Source of the DNA: Takakia lepidozioides
Taxonomy: Eukaryota; Plantae; Bryophyta
Assembly (NCBI GenBank): GCA_030704615.1
Contig: CM060732.1
Coordinates: 77,810,001-77,874,000 of the forward strand
Length of the DNA stretch: 64,000 bases
Direction of reading: 5' to 3'
The notes under the pieces were generated by a model. That model searched no databases. It saw only the letters and a list, made by a program, of their open reading frames with translations, and had not been told where the DNA came from. The translations under genes were made by a program, and so were the position numbers. Of this stretch, positions 63,286 through 64,000 are shown in pieces (the stretch's first letter is position 1; the number at the start of each line of letters is the position of its first letter).

Positions 63286-64000
63286 TGTCGCGCACCTCCC
63301 TTCGGTAAGCTCCCCTTCACGTCATAGTTACTCGCTTTGATGCGCGCGCCTGACTCCCAACCTGGCCGCCGGGCCAACTTGGAGCTTCGGCTGCTCACCG
63401 GGACATAACGGTCCCCCTTCGCTTCCCACTAAACCCTCCACCTATTTGGGACTAGTGGAATTCCCTTTGGTAGATGGCAGTCCGGAACAGCTCCCCACTC
63501 TTTGGTCGCTTTTCGGCTCGCTCGCTTACTCACTAGTTTTTGGTCACAAACGGGCTTGCACCGTTCTCGGGGTTACTACTCCCTATATATACTTCTGTAG
63601 CTGTCCGCGGGGGTTTCACAACCAGCCATGCCATTTTATGGCAAACCACCACGAAAACTCTCGACTCCCGGTGATGAGTCGCGGTGAGTCTTGGCCCGCT
63701 CACCACGGCCCCTATGGACCGTGATGAGTCCCAAGATTCCCCACGACTCCCACCACGAGGTCTCCGCCCCCATGGTGAGTCCTATGCCACCCCCACTAAG
63801 TCCCGCTAAGCTACCACCACCCCTTGTGGAGCCACCCCCACCGCAACCCGGTGTGCGGGGCTCCACCTAGTGAGCGCCTCCGCCTCCTTGAGTGCCTTGG
63901 GCACTCAAGGGTGCTTCAGCCCCCATACCTATCGCTGCCGCTGCCCCCACCACAGGGGCAGCCCCTCATGTGTCCCAACCCCCTGCCCTCAAGGCAAAGG
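63286..64000 (-). mobile_element. LTR of the chromovirus family (solo, or 3' LTR of an element beyond the window)
   Basis: TGTCGCGCACCTCCCTTCGGTAAG..., collinear with 1033-1746; no PBS on its left. Confidence 0.9.

Overview
Eukaryotic, TE-saturated heterochromatin-like DNA. The element types suggest a non-seed plant or streptophyte alga, but that is inference. There is no intact host gene. Left to right: (1) a pogo/DDE_1 transposase relic interrupted by a chromodomain Ty3/Gypsy element (1033-7836); (2) a region marked by dispersed CACGGGAGATCTCCCGTG palindromes, holding a scrambled Sola-like DDD transposase; (3) two full-length, TSD-flanked copies of a Tat/Ogre-like Gypsy family with a very large extra 3' ORF (19088-31247 and 35386-45622); (4) a hAT relic between palindromic arrays; (5) a further chromovirus LTR at the window end. 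The stand-out is a Ty3/Gypsy element on the minus strand (about 33641-54915, with a second partial copy at 12779-15751). Its pol carries a complete DNMT3-like C5-cytosine methyltransferase in frame between protease and RT, and a PHD finger where chromoviruses have a chromodomain. It has no tRNA PBS but a 15-nt self-complementary (Tf1-style) primer site. Its ends look like an opened 2-LTR circle inserted without a TSD into an exon of a spliced (pseudo)gene. All family assignments come from motif recognition by eye, not from database searches.
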